From positions 1-48,429 of the forward strand of contig JAXLQJ010000054.1 in NCBI GenBank assembly GCA_046331705.1: a DNA stretch of 48,429 bases, given 5' to 3'. Made by a program: the position numbers and the translations under genes. Below, piece after piece: positions 20,699-30,184 of the stretch. The notes below the pieces were generated by a model. The model saw only the letters and a list, made by a program, of their open reading frames with translations. It was not told where the DNA came from and made no database searches. Source of the stretch: a bacterium. GTDB taxonomy: Bacteria; JADJOY01. Each line of letters begins with the position of its first letter. Position 1 is the first letter of the stretch.

Positions 20699-21016
20699 TC
20701 AGCCGAGCCGGCCGCGCACCGCCGCCTGCGCCATCTCCACCTTGCCGGCGGCACCGAACGGGACGCCCTCCGCCTCGAGCAGACCGCGCTGGATCGCCGC
20801 CCAGGTATCGCGACCGCGACTCGGCACGGCACCGTCCGCGCTCACCACGCGGTGCCATGGGACCTTGCTGCCGTCCGGCAGGCCCCGGAGCACCATGCCG
20901 ACCGCCCGCGCCGCGCGCGGACTGCCCGCAAGCGTGGCCACGTCCCCGTAAGCGATGACTCGTCCACGGGGAACGGCGCTCACGATCCGCAGCACCTGGT
21001 CCCGAAACCCCGGCAC
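20699..21016 (-). CDS. Alkyltransferase-like protein (ATL, YbaZ/Atl1 type; MGMT family)
   Basis: VPRGRVIAYGDVA, AARAVG, PWHRVV (Trp replaces catalytic Cys), LLEAEGV; start may be 21100. Confidence 0.9.
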   Translation of the reverse strand: MPGFRDQVLRIVSAVPRGRVIAYGDVATLAGSPRAARAVGMVLRGLPDGSKVPWHRVVSADGAVPSRGRDTWAAIQRGLLEAEGVPFGAAGKVEMAQAAVRGRLG

Positions 21017-21126
21017 ACGCGTGCGGGCGGCCTTCCCACCAGGGAGCTTCGCCGCGAGTCGCTCTGGCTTGCGCAGCGCGCGTCTCAATCCGGGCTCCAC
21101 TGGAAGTTCAGATAAGATCGCCGCCG

Positions 21127-21951
21127 ATGCGATTGTGGCGGAAGCTCTCGATCCTGGCGCTGCTCGGGGTGCTGCACTGCTCGACCACGGCACCGGGCGA
21201 GCTCGACGACGACGCCCGCGAGTCGCTCGCCACCCTGACCGCGCGACTCGAGCGGACTCCACCGGACGCCGCCGCGATCGAGGAAGCAGTGGCGATCTAC
21301 GTCGCCCACGGCCGCTTCGACGATGCGGAGGGCACCGTGCGCGGCGCGCTCGAGCGCTCGTCGGTCGACGTCCGCGTCCTCGAGCGGCTCGCGCGCATCT
21401 ACGCGTCGATCGCGAGCGAGGCCGAACGCGCCACCCGCGAGGAGCCGCAGGCGCTCGCCGAGGTGGATGCCGATGCGCTCACGCGCCGCGCCCAAGCCAT
21501 CGCCGCGCTCGCGCGTTTTCGCGCCCAGCGCGATCGCGCGGCGGTCGTCGCCGAGATCCGCGCCACCGACGGCACCGCGCGACGTCTCAGCGACGTGATG
21601 CTCGAATGCACCAACCGCGATTTCGGCTCCGAGGGCGGCAGCGCGAGCTCCTTCGCGGTGAGCTACTTCGGCGACCGGCTGCGGGTCGAGGCAGGCGGAT
21701 CGAGCGATCCCCGCGGCTCGGAGCCGCGGCTCGGCGAGATCGCGCTGCTCGCGCTCGCGCGCGACCCGATGGGGCGCACGGTGGCCCGCATCGAGCCCTA
21801 CCCCTGGGCCACCGAGACCGTGACCTGCGCGTCCTGCCGTCTCAGCGACGCGTGCGCGCTGGTGGGTGACGTCGCCCCACGAGGCGGCTTGACCCACGTC
21901 GACCTCGCGACGGTGAGCGAGGTCCGGTTTCGCGGAGAGAACCGACCATGA
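21127..21951 (+). CDS. Hypothetical lipoprotein with TPR-like helices
   Basis: Signal peptide ending VLHC; YVAHGRFDDAE TPR-like segment. Confidence 0.65.
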   Translation: MRLWRKLSILALLGVLHCSTTAPGELDDDARESLATLTARLERTPPDAAAIEEAVAIYVAHGRFDDAEGTVRGALERSSVDVRVLERLARIYASIASEAERATREEPQALAEVDADALTRRAQAIAALARFRAQRDRAAVVAEIRATDGTARRLSDVMLECTNRDFGSEGGSASSFAVSYFGDRLRVEAGGSSDPRGSEPRLGEIALLALARDPMGRTVARIEPYPWATETVTCASCRLSDACALVGDVAPRGGLTHVDLATVSEVRFRGENRP

Positions 21952-22286
21952 CCAAGCCCACGGGAAGCCGTCGGCCGGAGCCCGCTCCCGCGCCCGCCCC
22001 GAAACCGTCCAAGGCGATCCGATTCGCTCAGTACCTGACCAGCCTCGCCGTGCCCGCGACGATCGCGGTGTTCTGGTGGCGTTACCACGTGGTGCTACCG
22101 TCCGACGACGTCTTCTCGATGCGCGTGTTGCGCAAGGAGCATGGCGGCTTCAACGACACCGTGGTGTTCGTCGGCAAATTCGTCGACGACTACAACCGCT
22201 CGGGCGCCGAGGCCCAGGCCGAGATCGAGAAGCGCTACCTCTACCGCCGCCTGGTCAATACGGGTATCGTTCGCCGTGCCGAGTGA
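21948..22286 (+). CDS. Small hypothetical membrane protein
   Basis: ATGA overlap with upstream gene; one TM segment; host-like codon usage. Confidence 0.65.
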   Translation: MTKPTGSRRPEPAPAPAPKPSKAIRFAQYLTSLAVPATIAVFWWRYHVVLPSDDVFSMRVLRKEHGGFNDTVVFVGKFVDDYNRSGAEAQAEIEKRYLYRRLVNTGIVRRAE

Positions 22287-22382
22287 GGAAACGACGCGGG
22301 TCCTCTGGAGAAGTTCCTAGCCCGCCCCGGCCGGAACCCCAGCGCGGGGACGCTGGGCTCGAGGCGTGAGGTTCGTGGCTCG

Positions 22383-23258
22383 ATGCAACGGACGGATAGC
22401 GTGAAGATCGACGTGAGCCTCGAGTCGCCGACTCGGGCCCGGCAGGAGCGCGGTCGCCGCCACGCCGCGCGTTGGGGCGCGCTGGTGACGCTCGCCATCG
22501 GGTTGGTCACCGCGTGCCACGGCGGCACCGCGAGCGGAACGCCGGCAGCCGACGCGGTCGAGCAGCGTCTCGCCGCGTGCGAGCAGCGCCTCGCCGAGCT
22601 CGAGGAGGACGATCGGGTGCTCTTCGCCGAGGCCGCCGCCGACCTGGAGCGCGGCTGGAACGACGCCGCCTGCGCCCGCTTCGAGACGTTGCTGCGCCGC
22701 TTTCCCACCAGCCCGCTCGTCGCCGAGACGCGCAACCGAATCGAGCGCTGCCGCAACGGCGCGGGGCCGGTCGTCGCGGCGCGAGGCGGACCGCCGGCGC
22801 CCGAGCCGTCCGCGGCGCCGCCGCACGGCGCGCCCACGGGCAACGAGCCCGACGACACCGCCGGCGCCCGCCAGAGCTCCGAGCCGGATCCGAACGAGGG
22901 TGCTCCGCTCGAGATCTCGCGAACCTGGCTCAAGGAGGATCGCTTCGGCGTGCCGCTCGCCAACCTGCGACTCACCAACCGCGGCGATCGCACGGTCGTG
23001 GGTTACAAGGTGGCACTGCGCTGTTACGATGACCGCGGCACGGCGCTCAAGCACCTCACCAAGGGCACCACCTGGTTCATCGCAGCCGGCGGCAGTCGTC
23101 AAGGCGGCCCAGGCGAGGCCTTCGCCGGCGGCCCGTGGCCGCTCACCGGGTTTCTCGGCGCCGCGCGGATCGAAGCGGTGGTCCTGGGCGTCGACTACGC
23201 CGACGGAACCCACTGGCAGCGCGCAGATATGGCGGAATTCAGCGCCGACAAGGAGTGA
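22383..23258 (+). CDS. Hypothetical lipoprotein (YbgF/CpoB-like TPR segment plus C-terminal beta domain)
   Basis: Lipobox VTAC, short coiled coil, FETLLRRFPTSPL motif, C-terminal VDYADGTHW. Confidence 0.65.
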   Translation: MQRTDSVKIDVSLESPTRARQERGRRHAARWGALVTLAIGLVTACHGGTASGTPAADAVEQRLAACEQRLAELEEDDRVLFAEAAADLERGWNDAACARFETLLRRFPTSPLVAETRNRIERCRNGAGPVVAARGGPPAPEPSAAPPHGAPTGNEPDDTAGARQSSEPDPNEGAPLEISRTWLKEDRFGVPLANLRLTNRGDRTVVGYKVALRCYDDRGTALKHLTKGTTWFIAAGGSRQGGPGEAFAGGPWPLTGFLGAARIEAVVLGVDYADGTHWQRADMAEFSADKE

Positions 23259-23261
23259 TCC

Positions 23262-23393
23262 ATGTTGCTGTTGCTCGCGGCATTTCTCCCGTTCCTGCTC
23301 ATCGGTTTCCTGCTCTGGTACGGTCTCTTTCGCGCCGGCTCGACGATCGCCGATCTGCTGAGCCCGTTCATCAAGAGCACCGCGCCCGCCTGA
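23262..23393 (+). CDS. 43-aa hydrophobic small protein (absent from the ORF track)
   Basis: AGGAG RBS overlapping upstream stop; MLLLLAAFLPFLLIGFLLWYGLFRAGSTIADLLSPFIKSTAPA*. Confidence 0.6.
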   Translation: MLLLLAAFLPFLLIGFLLWYGLFRAGSTIADLLSPFIKSTAPA

Positions 23394-23436
23394 GCGGGCC
23401 TCGCCGCCGGTCGGCGCGCGCGCGTACCGCTCGCCC

Positions 23437-24954
23437 TCAGCTCGCGCTCGCCAGGCTCGAATCCGGCTGAAGCGGCGCCCGTTCACCTGGGGTGCCGCCG
23501 TCTTCGTCGTAGCGAAGCAGCTTGCGATAGAGCGTCTTGGGATCGATTCCGAGCATCTCCGCAGCACGCTTGCGCTGCCCGCCCGCGAGCGTCAGCGCCC
23601 GCAAGATGTGGTCGCGCTCGAGCTGATCGAGGGTGGGAAAGTCGGCCTCGGTGAACGCCGGCGCGGCACGGGCGGCGACCGGCGCGGGAGCGGCCGGCAA
23701 TGCCCAGGGCGCGGGCGGCGGCGGCGAAGCGGGCACCGAGGCGGTGCCGCCGCGAATGGCGACCGGCAGGTGCTCGATCGAGACCTCGGTGCCGCGGGTG
23801 AGCGCCACCGCGTATTCGATGCAGTTCTGCAGCTCGCGCACGTTCCCGGGCCACGGATACGCCATCAACGCTTCGGTGGCCGATGGCGCGATCCCCGCGA
23901 CCTGCGGTCTGCCGACCCGCGCGGCACTCTGTTCCACGAAGTGCATCGCCAGCAGGGGGATGTCCTCGAGACGGTCGCGCAACGGCGGCAGCGCGAGCCG
24001 CACCACGTTCAAGCGGAAGTAGAGATCCTGGCGCAGCAGCCCGGCGCGCAACGCGGCGTCGAGGTCCTGGTTCGACGCCGCGACCACGCGCACGTCGATC
24101 GGGATCGGCTGCGTGCTGCCGACCGGCACCACCTCGCGCTCCTGCAGGACGCGCAGGAGCTTCACCTGCGCCGAGGCCGGCATCTCGGTGACCTCGTCGA
24201 GGAAGATCGTGCCGCCGTTGGCGTCGCGGAAGTAGCCGGCCTTGTCGGTGAGCGCGCCGGTGAAGGCGCCCCGCACGTGGCCGAAGAGCTCGCTCTCGAA
24301 GATCTCGCGCACGATCGCGCCGCAGTTCACCGCCACGAACGGCCCGCTGGCGCGCTTGGACTCGAAGTGGATCGTGCGGGCCAGCACTTCCTTGCCGGTG
24401 CCGCTCTCGCCGTTGATGAGGATCGTCGACTCGGTGGGCGCGAAGCGCTCGACCAGCTCGTAGAGCTCCTGCATCGACTGCGCTTTCCCATAGAGCCGGC
24501 CGAGGTGGTAGCGGGTGCGCAGCTCCTTTCGCAGCGTGCGGATCTCGCGCACCATCCCGCGCCGCTCGATCGCCTTGGCGACGGAGATGGAGAGCTCGTC
24601 CAGGTCGAACGGCTTCACCAGGAAGTCGAGGGCGCCGTGCTTCATCGCCTCGATCGCGTCCTGCACCGTGCCGTGGGCGGTCATCATGATGACCTCCACC
24701 TCGGGCTGACGCGCCTTCACCTCGCGTAGCAGGTCCAGCCCCTGGAGCTCCGGCATCTTGAGGTCGGTGACGATCACGTCGAACTCGCCGAGCTCGAGCA
24801 GCTCGAGCGCCGCCTTGCCGTCCGCCGCTTCCTCGACGTGGTAGCCATCGCGATCGAGCACCCGCCGACACACGACGCGAATCGGAGACTCGTCGTCGAC
24901 CACCAGCACGTGGGGGACGCGTTCGCCGCGAGGACCGTGGATGGTTGGTGGCAT
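23437..24954 (-). CDS. Sigma-54-dependent response regulator (NtrC/AtoC family)
   Basis: REC (VVDDE, TDLKMP, KPF), GESGTGKE, GAFTGA, FLDEV, WPGNVRELQN, Fis-type HTH. Confidence 0.95.
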   Translation of the reverse strand: MPPTIHGPRGERVPHVLVVDDESPIRVVCRRVLDRDGYHVEEAADGKAALELLELGEFDVIVTDLKMPELQGLDLLREVKARQPEVEVIMMTAHGTVQDAIEAMKHGALDFLVKPFDLDELSISVAKAIERRGMVREIRTLRKELRTRYHLGRLYGKAQSMQELYELVERFAPTESTILINGESGTGKEVLARTIHFESKRASGPFVAVNCGAIVREIFESELFGHVRGAFTGALTDKAGYFRDANGGTIFLDEVTEMPASAQVKLLRVLQEREVVPVGSTQPIPIDVRVVAASNQDLDAALRAGLLRQDLYFRLNVVRLALPPLRDRLEDIPLLAMHFVEQSAARVGRPQVAGIAPSATEALMAYPWPGNVRELQNCIEYAVALTRGTEVSIEHLPVAIRGGTASVPASPPPPAPWALPAAPAPVAARAAPAFTEADFPTLDQLERDHILRALTLAGGQRKRAAEMLGIDPKTLYRKLLRYDEDGGTPGERAPLQPDSSLASAS

Positions 24955-25309
24955 GGCAGGCTCGCTTCCCGACGGTGCGCGCGGCGGCTGGATCGCCGCC
25001 AGCGGCGCTTGAGCTCGAGCGCTCGCCTCGACGATCGAGGCCCGCTCGATCGGGCGAACGCGTGTGGTCACGACCGCCACCACCACCCGGCTCCCGATCC
25101 GAGGGCATTTCGCCCGGTACACCCTAGAGATCGGGCAGCCACCCGAAAACTTGAGGGCGACGATCCGCCGCCGCGGCGGACCGCGGCACGCCGCATCGCC
25201 AGGCACCATCTCTCCTTGCTCGCCTTGCCTCGCCCGGAACGCGGCGGGTAACTTGCGCGTGGCGCGTTTTCCCCGCGATTTCGCGGCAAATCAGCGCCTT
25301 CGAGCCGCC

Positions 25310-27958
25310 ATGGACACCACGCTTCTCAGCGCCGCGCGCAGCGCCCACCCGCCGGTGCTCGAAGGCGGGCTCTTCGAGCCCGTGCGCTGGGTGCTCGACA
25401 ACGGGCTCAAGGTCTTGGTCGCCGAGGATCACTCGGCGCCGGTGGTCGCCGTGCAGGTCTGGGTCGGAACCGGCAGCGCGGACGAGCTCCCCCACGAGTC
25501 GGGCCTGGCGCACGTCCACGAGCACATGCTCTTCAAGGGCACCGCACGCCGCGGCGTGGGCGAGATCGCGCGCGAGATCGAGGGTGCTGGCGGGGACATC
25601 AACGCCTACACCACCAAGGACTCGACCGTGTACCACGTGGTGATCGCGAGCCGGTTCGTGGACGTCGCGCTCGACGTGCTGGCCGACGCAGTCCTGCACT
25701 CCGCGTTCGACCCGACCGAGCTGGCACGCGAGCTGGAGGTGGTTCACGAGGAGTTCCGGCGCGGCGAGGACATGCCGGACCGGAAGATCTACGAGCTGCT
25801 CTTCGAGCACGCGTACGTGCGGCATCCCTACCGGAACTCCACCATCGGGGAGCCGGCGGTGTTCACGCGGCTCACGCGCGCCGACGTCGAGGCGTTCTTC
25901 CACAAATGGTACGTGCCGCGGAACCTGACGCTGGTGGTGACCGGCGACGTCGACGCCGAGTCGCTGCGGCCGCGCATCGAGGCGCTCTTCGGGGCGGCGC
26001 CGGACACGACCGTGCCGGAGCGACCGCGCCTGCCCGAGCCGCGTCCCAGCGGGCTGCGCGCCCACGTCGCCCGTGGCCCGTACAAGAAGACGTTGCTCTA
26101 CCTGGGCTTCCCCGCGCCCTCCATTCGTGAGGCCGACGTCGCGGCGGTCGACGTGCTGGCGGCGGCGCTCGGCGACGGCGACAGCTCACGCCTGTGGCGA
26201 GAGGTGAAGGAGCGCGCCGAGCTGGTGCACTCGATCTTCACCTTCGCGATGACGCCGCGCGACCGCGGGCTCTTCGTGATCGGCCTCGAGCTCGAGCCCG
26301 ACAACCTCGAGGACGCGGTGCGCGCGACCTTCGAGCAGATCCACGAGGTGCGCCGCGCCCCGCTGCCGCAGCGCGAGCTGGCGAAGGCCCTGGGCGTGAT
26401 CGAGAGCGACTTCGTCTACGAGAAGGAGTCGGCGCAAGGCGCCGCGCGAGCGCTCGGGTTCTACGAGAGCCTGGCCGACGATTGGCGGTTCGAGGGGCGC
26501 TATCTGGAGAGCCTGCGCTCGGTCGATGCGTCTCAGATCCTGGAGGTGGCGCAGCGCTACCTCACCCTCGACCAGCTCTGCGCCGTGCTGCTCTTGCCCG
26601 ACGAAGAGCGGCCCGAGCTCGACCACGGCGCGCTGGCGGGAATCCTCGGCGAGGCCGATCGCGCGTTCGCGCGCACCGAGCTCAGCACCGTTCGACAAGA
26701 CGGCGACTTCTTCGTCGAGCGCTTCACGAACGGGATCGAGCTGGTCGTGCGTCAGCGGCCGGGCGTGGAGGTGGTGTCGATGTCGGCGGTGTTCCTGGGC
26801 GGCGTGCGCATCGAGCCCCCCGGGAAAGCGGGGATCTCGAGCTTCGTCGGCTCGACGCTGACCCGCGGCACCGAGACGCGCGACGCCGAGGACATCGCGC
26901 GCAGCATCGACGAGATGGCAGGCGCGCTGGACGGCTTCTCGGGCCGCAACAGCTTCGGCGCGCGCGGCCACTTCCAGAGCAAGCACTTCGAGGAAGCCCT
27001 CGAGCTCCTGGCCGAGGTCCTGATGTATCCGACCTTCCCCGAGGAGGAGGTCGAGAAGGAGCGCGCCGACATCCTCCACGACCTCGAAGCCCGCGAGGAC
27101 GATCTCGCGCGCCTCGCCTTCGAACGCATGCAGGCCGAGCTCTACGGCGACCACCCCGCCGCGAACCCGACCATCGGCACGCACGAGACCGTCGCCACCA
27201 TCACCGCCGACGACCTGCGTGCCTTCCACGCACGCCACGCGCGCCCCTCGAACCTGGTGCTCGCCGTGGTCGGCAACATCGACCCCGAGCGGGTGCGCAG
27301 CGCCGTTCACGCGCGCCTCGCCACGTGGGAGTGCGAGCAGCACGTGGCACCCGCCGTGCCCGAGGTGGCGCCGCTCGACGGCACGAAGCGCGCCTTTCGC
27401 GCCGCCCTCGACAAGCAGCAATCGCACATCGTGCTGGCGTTCCCAGGCGTGCGCCTCGACCACCCGGATCGCTTCCCGCTCGAGGTGATGTCGACCGTGC
27501 TCTCCGGCCAGGGCGGGCGTCTGTTCCTGGAGCTGCGCGATCGGCAGAGCCTCGCCTACACGGTGTTCTCGTTCACACGCGACGGTCTCGATCCCGGCTA
27601 CGTCGGTGCGTACATCGCCACGTCGCCGGAAAAGGCCGTGCAGGGGATGAACGGGCTCGCGGCGCAGCTGCGCGCGCTGCGCGACCACGGCATCACCGAG
27701 GCCGAGCTCGAGTGGTCGAAGCGCAACCTGGTGGGCACCTTCGAGATCGCGCTCCAGTCCTCGGCGGCGCAGGCCGAGGCCTTCAGCCTCTACGAGAGCT
27801 ACGGCCTGGGGTATCGCGAATACCTCGCCTATCCCGACCGCATCCTCGCGGTGACCCTCGCGGACGTGAGCCGCGTGGCGCGCGACTACCTCGATCCAAG
27901 CCGCCTGGTCTTGAGCGTCGTCGGCCCCGACGACGTCACCGAGTCCTTGTCCTGGTGA
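25310..27958 (+). CDS. M16 family zinc peptidase (insulinase/pitrilysin-like, fused halves)
   Basis: HVHEHMLFKGT (HxxEH), INAYT, HPY, WYVPRN; second inactive half. Confidence 0.95.
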   Translation: MDTTLLSAARSAHPPVLEGGLFEPVRWVLDNGLKVLVAEDHSAPVVAVQVWVGTGSADELPHESGLAHVHEHMLFKGTARRGVGEIAREIEGAGGDINAYTTKDSTVYHVVIASRFVDVALDVLADAVLHSAFDPTELARELEVVHEEFRRGEDMPDRKIYELLFEHAYVRHPYRNSTIGEPAVFTRLTRADVEAFFHKWYVPRNLTLVVTGDVDAESLRPRIEALFGAAPDTTVPERPRLPEPRPSGLRAHVARGPYKKTLLYLGFPAPSIREADVAAVDVLAAALGDGDSSRLWREVKERAELVHSIFTFAMTPRDRGLFVIGLELEPDNLEDAVRATFEQIHEVRRAPLPQRELAKALGVIESDFVYEKESAQGAARALGFYESLADDWRFEGRYLESLRSVDASQILEVAQRYLTLDQLCAVLLLPDEERPELDHGALAGILGEADRAFARTELSTVRQDGDFFVERFTNGIELVVRQRPGVEVVSMSAVFLGGVRIEPPGKAGISSFVGSTLTRGTETRDAEDIARSIDEMAGALDGFSGRNSFGARGHFQSKHFEEALELLAEVLMYPTFPEEEVEKERADILHDLEAREDDLARLAFERMQAELYGDHPAANPTIGTHETVATITADDLRAFHARHARPSNLVLAVVGNIDPERVRSAVHARLATWECEQHVAPAVPEVAPLDGTKRAFRAALDKQQSHIVLAFPGVRLDHPDRFPLEVMSTVLSGQGGRLFLELRDRQSLAYTVFSFTRDGLDPGYVGAYIATSPEKAVQGMNGLAAQLRALRDHGITEAELEWSKRNLVGTFEIALQSSAAQAEAFSLYESYGLGYREYLAYPDRILAVTLADVSRVARDYLDPSRLVLSVVGPDDVTESLSW

Positions 27959-27989
27959 CCGCCGGATCCGCGATCGGAGGGCCCTCCAC

Positions 27990-28172
27990 GTGAACCCGCT
28001 GCGCCGCCTCGGCGATCGCCTTCTCGACCTCGTGCTGGATCGCGCGATCGAAACCGCGGTTGCGCTCGGTCACAACCGCCTGCCGCTCGGCGAGACCGAC
28101 CTCTCCGATCACCCGGACGGCGAGCCCGTGCTCATCGACCCCGGCGATCCCGAAGCCCAGCCGTCGAGCTGA
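27990..28172 (+). CDS. Small hypothetical protein
   Basis: GGAGG RBS before GTG; host-like codon usage. Confidence 0.45.
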   Translation: MNPLRRLGDRLLDLVLDRAIETAVALGHNRLPLGETDLSDHPDGEPVLIDPGDPEAQPSS

Positions 28173-28246
28173 CGGCTTCCTCGAGGTCACTCCCGGCTAA
28201 GCGCGCGCCACGTCCGGCGAACGCTCCAGACGGACGTCCGCGGAAG

Positions 28247-28350
28247 CCCGAACGCAGTGCGTTCACCGCGATCTCCATCCGCCGCGTCCGGAGCCACTCT
28301 CCACCACGCTCCCGGGACGCTGGCGCCGTCCGTAGCGACACGCACTGGAG
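28247..28350 (-). other. Possible highly degenerate attC (distal end of array)
   Basis: Minus strand ends GGTGAACGCACTGC-GTTCGGG (L'-R' like); inverted CAGTGCGT/ACGCACTG; R'' not recognisable. Confidence 0.3.
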
Positions 28351-28495
28351 AAACGCCGGCCAGCGCGCGACGTACCCGTGACCGCCTGCTCGTCGCCTCC
28401 GCCGCCCCCCGAGCGTGCCTGTGCCGGCCGGTGTGTCGAGCCACAAACCGCGCCTTTTCCACGAGCACCGCCGGAAGGCCGCCCAGCAACGGTCT

Positions 28496-29695
28496 TCACT
28501 TCGGCAGGTAACCGATCGCCCCGAGCCAGTCGCGGACGGCGCCCGCGACCACGGCGTTGCCTTCCGCCGAGTAGTGTCCGGGAATCAACGCCTCGGGGGA
28601 CTTGCCCTTCGTCGCGGCGATGAAGGATTCATCGGTCTCGAGGTACGGGATCCCCTTCGCCTCGAGGAACGCCACCAGCTCGTCGCGCACGATCGAGCGG
28701 TAGTTCGCGGTGGTCCGCCAGGTCCGGAGCTCGGACTGCTCCATGAGCAGCACGATGCCCGGCCGGGCACCGTCGGCCGTCGCCTCGGCGGCGAACGCGG
28801 CGAGGATCGCCTGGAAAGCGGACAGGCTCTCGTGCGCGATCGCGTCGTTCTGAATCGCGGCGAGATTCGCCCTTCTGCAAAGCGGCACCTTGGCGAGACG
28901 CACCAGCGCCGACCACTCGAAGAAGGGAACGCGCCAGTTCAGGTAGGCGTTCGTTCGGTAGAAGAACTCGTCGCGACCCATTTCGGCCTGGAAGGCGGGA
29001 TCGAGCACCTTCGGCAGGTCGGCCACCGAAGCGACCGGGGAACGGATCTCGACCAGTCGGCCCGCCTCGGCGACGAAGCGTGGCTTGGGGAAAAGCAGGT
29101 CGTCCTGCCTGAGGAAGTAGAAGGTGTAGAACGGTCGGAAGCCGGTGAGCAGGCGTGCGGCGTTCTCGTCGGTCACGGCGAGCAGGGCCACGTCGGCTTT
29201 GAATTTCCGACCCAGCTTGCGGTAGCGCAGCAGACTCTGGTCAGGGCCGTAACCCGGCACACCGAAGTTGAGCACCTCGAGCGTGCCCGAGGCCGTGGCG
29301 AGGCGGCGTGGCCAGGAGTCGGCTTCGCGGACGTCGTCGCCGTGGGTGAACGAGTCACCGAAGCAGGCGATGCGCAGCCGGCCCGGCGTTGGCGTCGTCT
29401 CGACCTCCGCGATGCCGCGCAGACCGGACGAGTTGGATGAGTAGAGCTTGTCTCCAGGCGATCTCGGATCGCCGCTGTGAAGCGGGTGGATCGCCCAGCC
29501 GGTGTCGGGGTCGAAAACGAGATACTTGCGTTCCCCATGGCGAAGGATCTCGTCGACCAGGGCAGCGTGTCGCGCCCCGAGCGGGGCGGTCGGGAAACGC
29601 CGGCCGTCGTCCCAGGCGAGGAAGACGCGCGCGGCGAGCTCGAGTGCCACCAGGCTGACGGCGACGACGAGGAGCAGCGCGTATCGTTTTCTCAC
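28496..29695 (-). CDS. SGNH/GDSL hydrolase family membrane protein, possibly cassette-derived
   Basis: CFGDSFTHG, VLNFGVPGYGPDQ, GHYSAEGN; N-terminal TM. Confidence 0.85.
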   Translation of the reverse strand: MRKRYALLLVVAVSLVALELAARVFLAWDDGRRFPTAPLGARHAALVDEILRHGERKYLVFDPDTGWAIHPLHSGDPRSPGDKLYSSNSSGLRGIAEVETTPTPGRLRIACFGDSFTHGDDVREADSWPRRLATASGTLEVLNFGVPGYGPDQSLLRYRKLGRKFKADVALLAVTDENAARLLTGFRPFYTFYFLRQDDLLFPKPRFVAEAGRLVEIRSPVASVADLPKVLDPAFQAEMGRDEFFYRTNAYLNWRVPFFEWSALVRLAKVPLCRRANLAAIQNDAIAHESLSAFQAILAAFAAEATADGARPGIVLLMEQSELRTWRTTANYRSIVRDELVAFLEAKGIPYLETDESFIAATKGKSPEALIPGHYSAEGNAVVAGAVRDWLGAIGYLPK

Positions 29696-29797
29696 GACAC
29701 CTCGCCGGCCCCTTTGGCGGCGTCGATGATCACACGTGCGCCGCTCGCGAATCGGACAGCGGCCAGCTCAGCGATCTCGGACGTCTCGGCACACCGA

Positions 29798-29877
29798 ATC
29801 GAACGCCAGCCTGGGGCCCCGCAATACGCCGCAATCGAGACACGCCTGCCCCACGTGCGGTCCGTTTCAGCGTCCTG
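29798..29877 (-). other. Degenerate attC abutting an IS110 left-end remnant
   Basis: Ends TTTCAGCGTCCTG, matching CTGCAGCGTCTTG at 43448-43460; ATCGAAC core at 29798. Confidence 0.4.
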
Positions 29878-30021
29878 ACTCCATGAAGGCCCCCTCGGGA
29901 ACATCCCACCCCACGTTGGACGCTGACGTTGTCCACGAAGCCACGCGGGGAAGCCCATCGCGATTCTACAACGGCCATCGCGACCACTACTGTGCATGGA
30001 CCTGAACGCCCGCTCGATCTA
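29878..30021 (+). mobile_element. Truncated, decayed copy of the left end and first codons of the IS110 at 43461
   Basis: ACTCCATGAAGGCCCCCTCGGGAACATCCCACCCC...CGATTCTAC aligns with 43461-43604. Confidence 0.85.
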
Positions 30022-30184
30022 GCTCGCCGTCGGAGCCGAGTGCGTGTTCACCTGGCACGCGACCGAGCTGGATAGGAATACGCGCCCTGCGCGCGGATTG
30101 TGTCGGCGAGGCTTCGATGGAACACTCGGCAGGCGAGCAGCTCGCACCACTCCCTTCCGTTCGTTCCGGACTCATCGGACCCCG

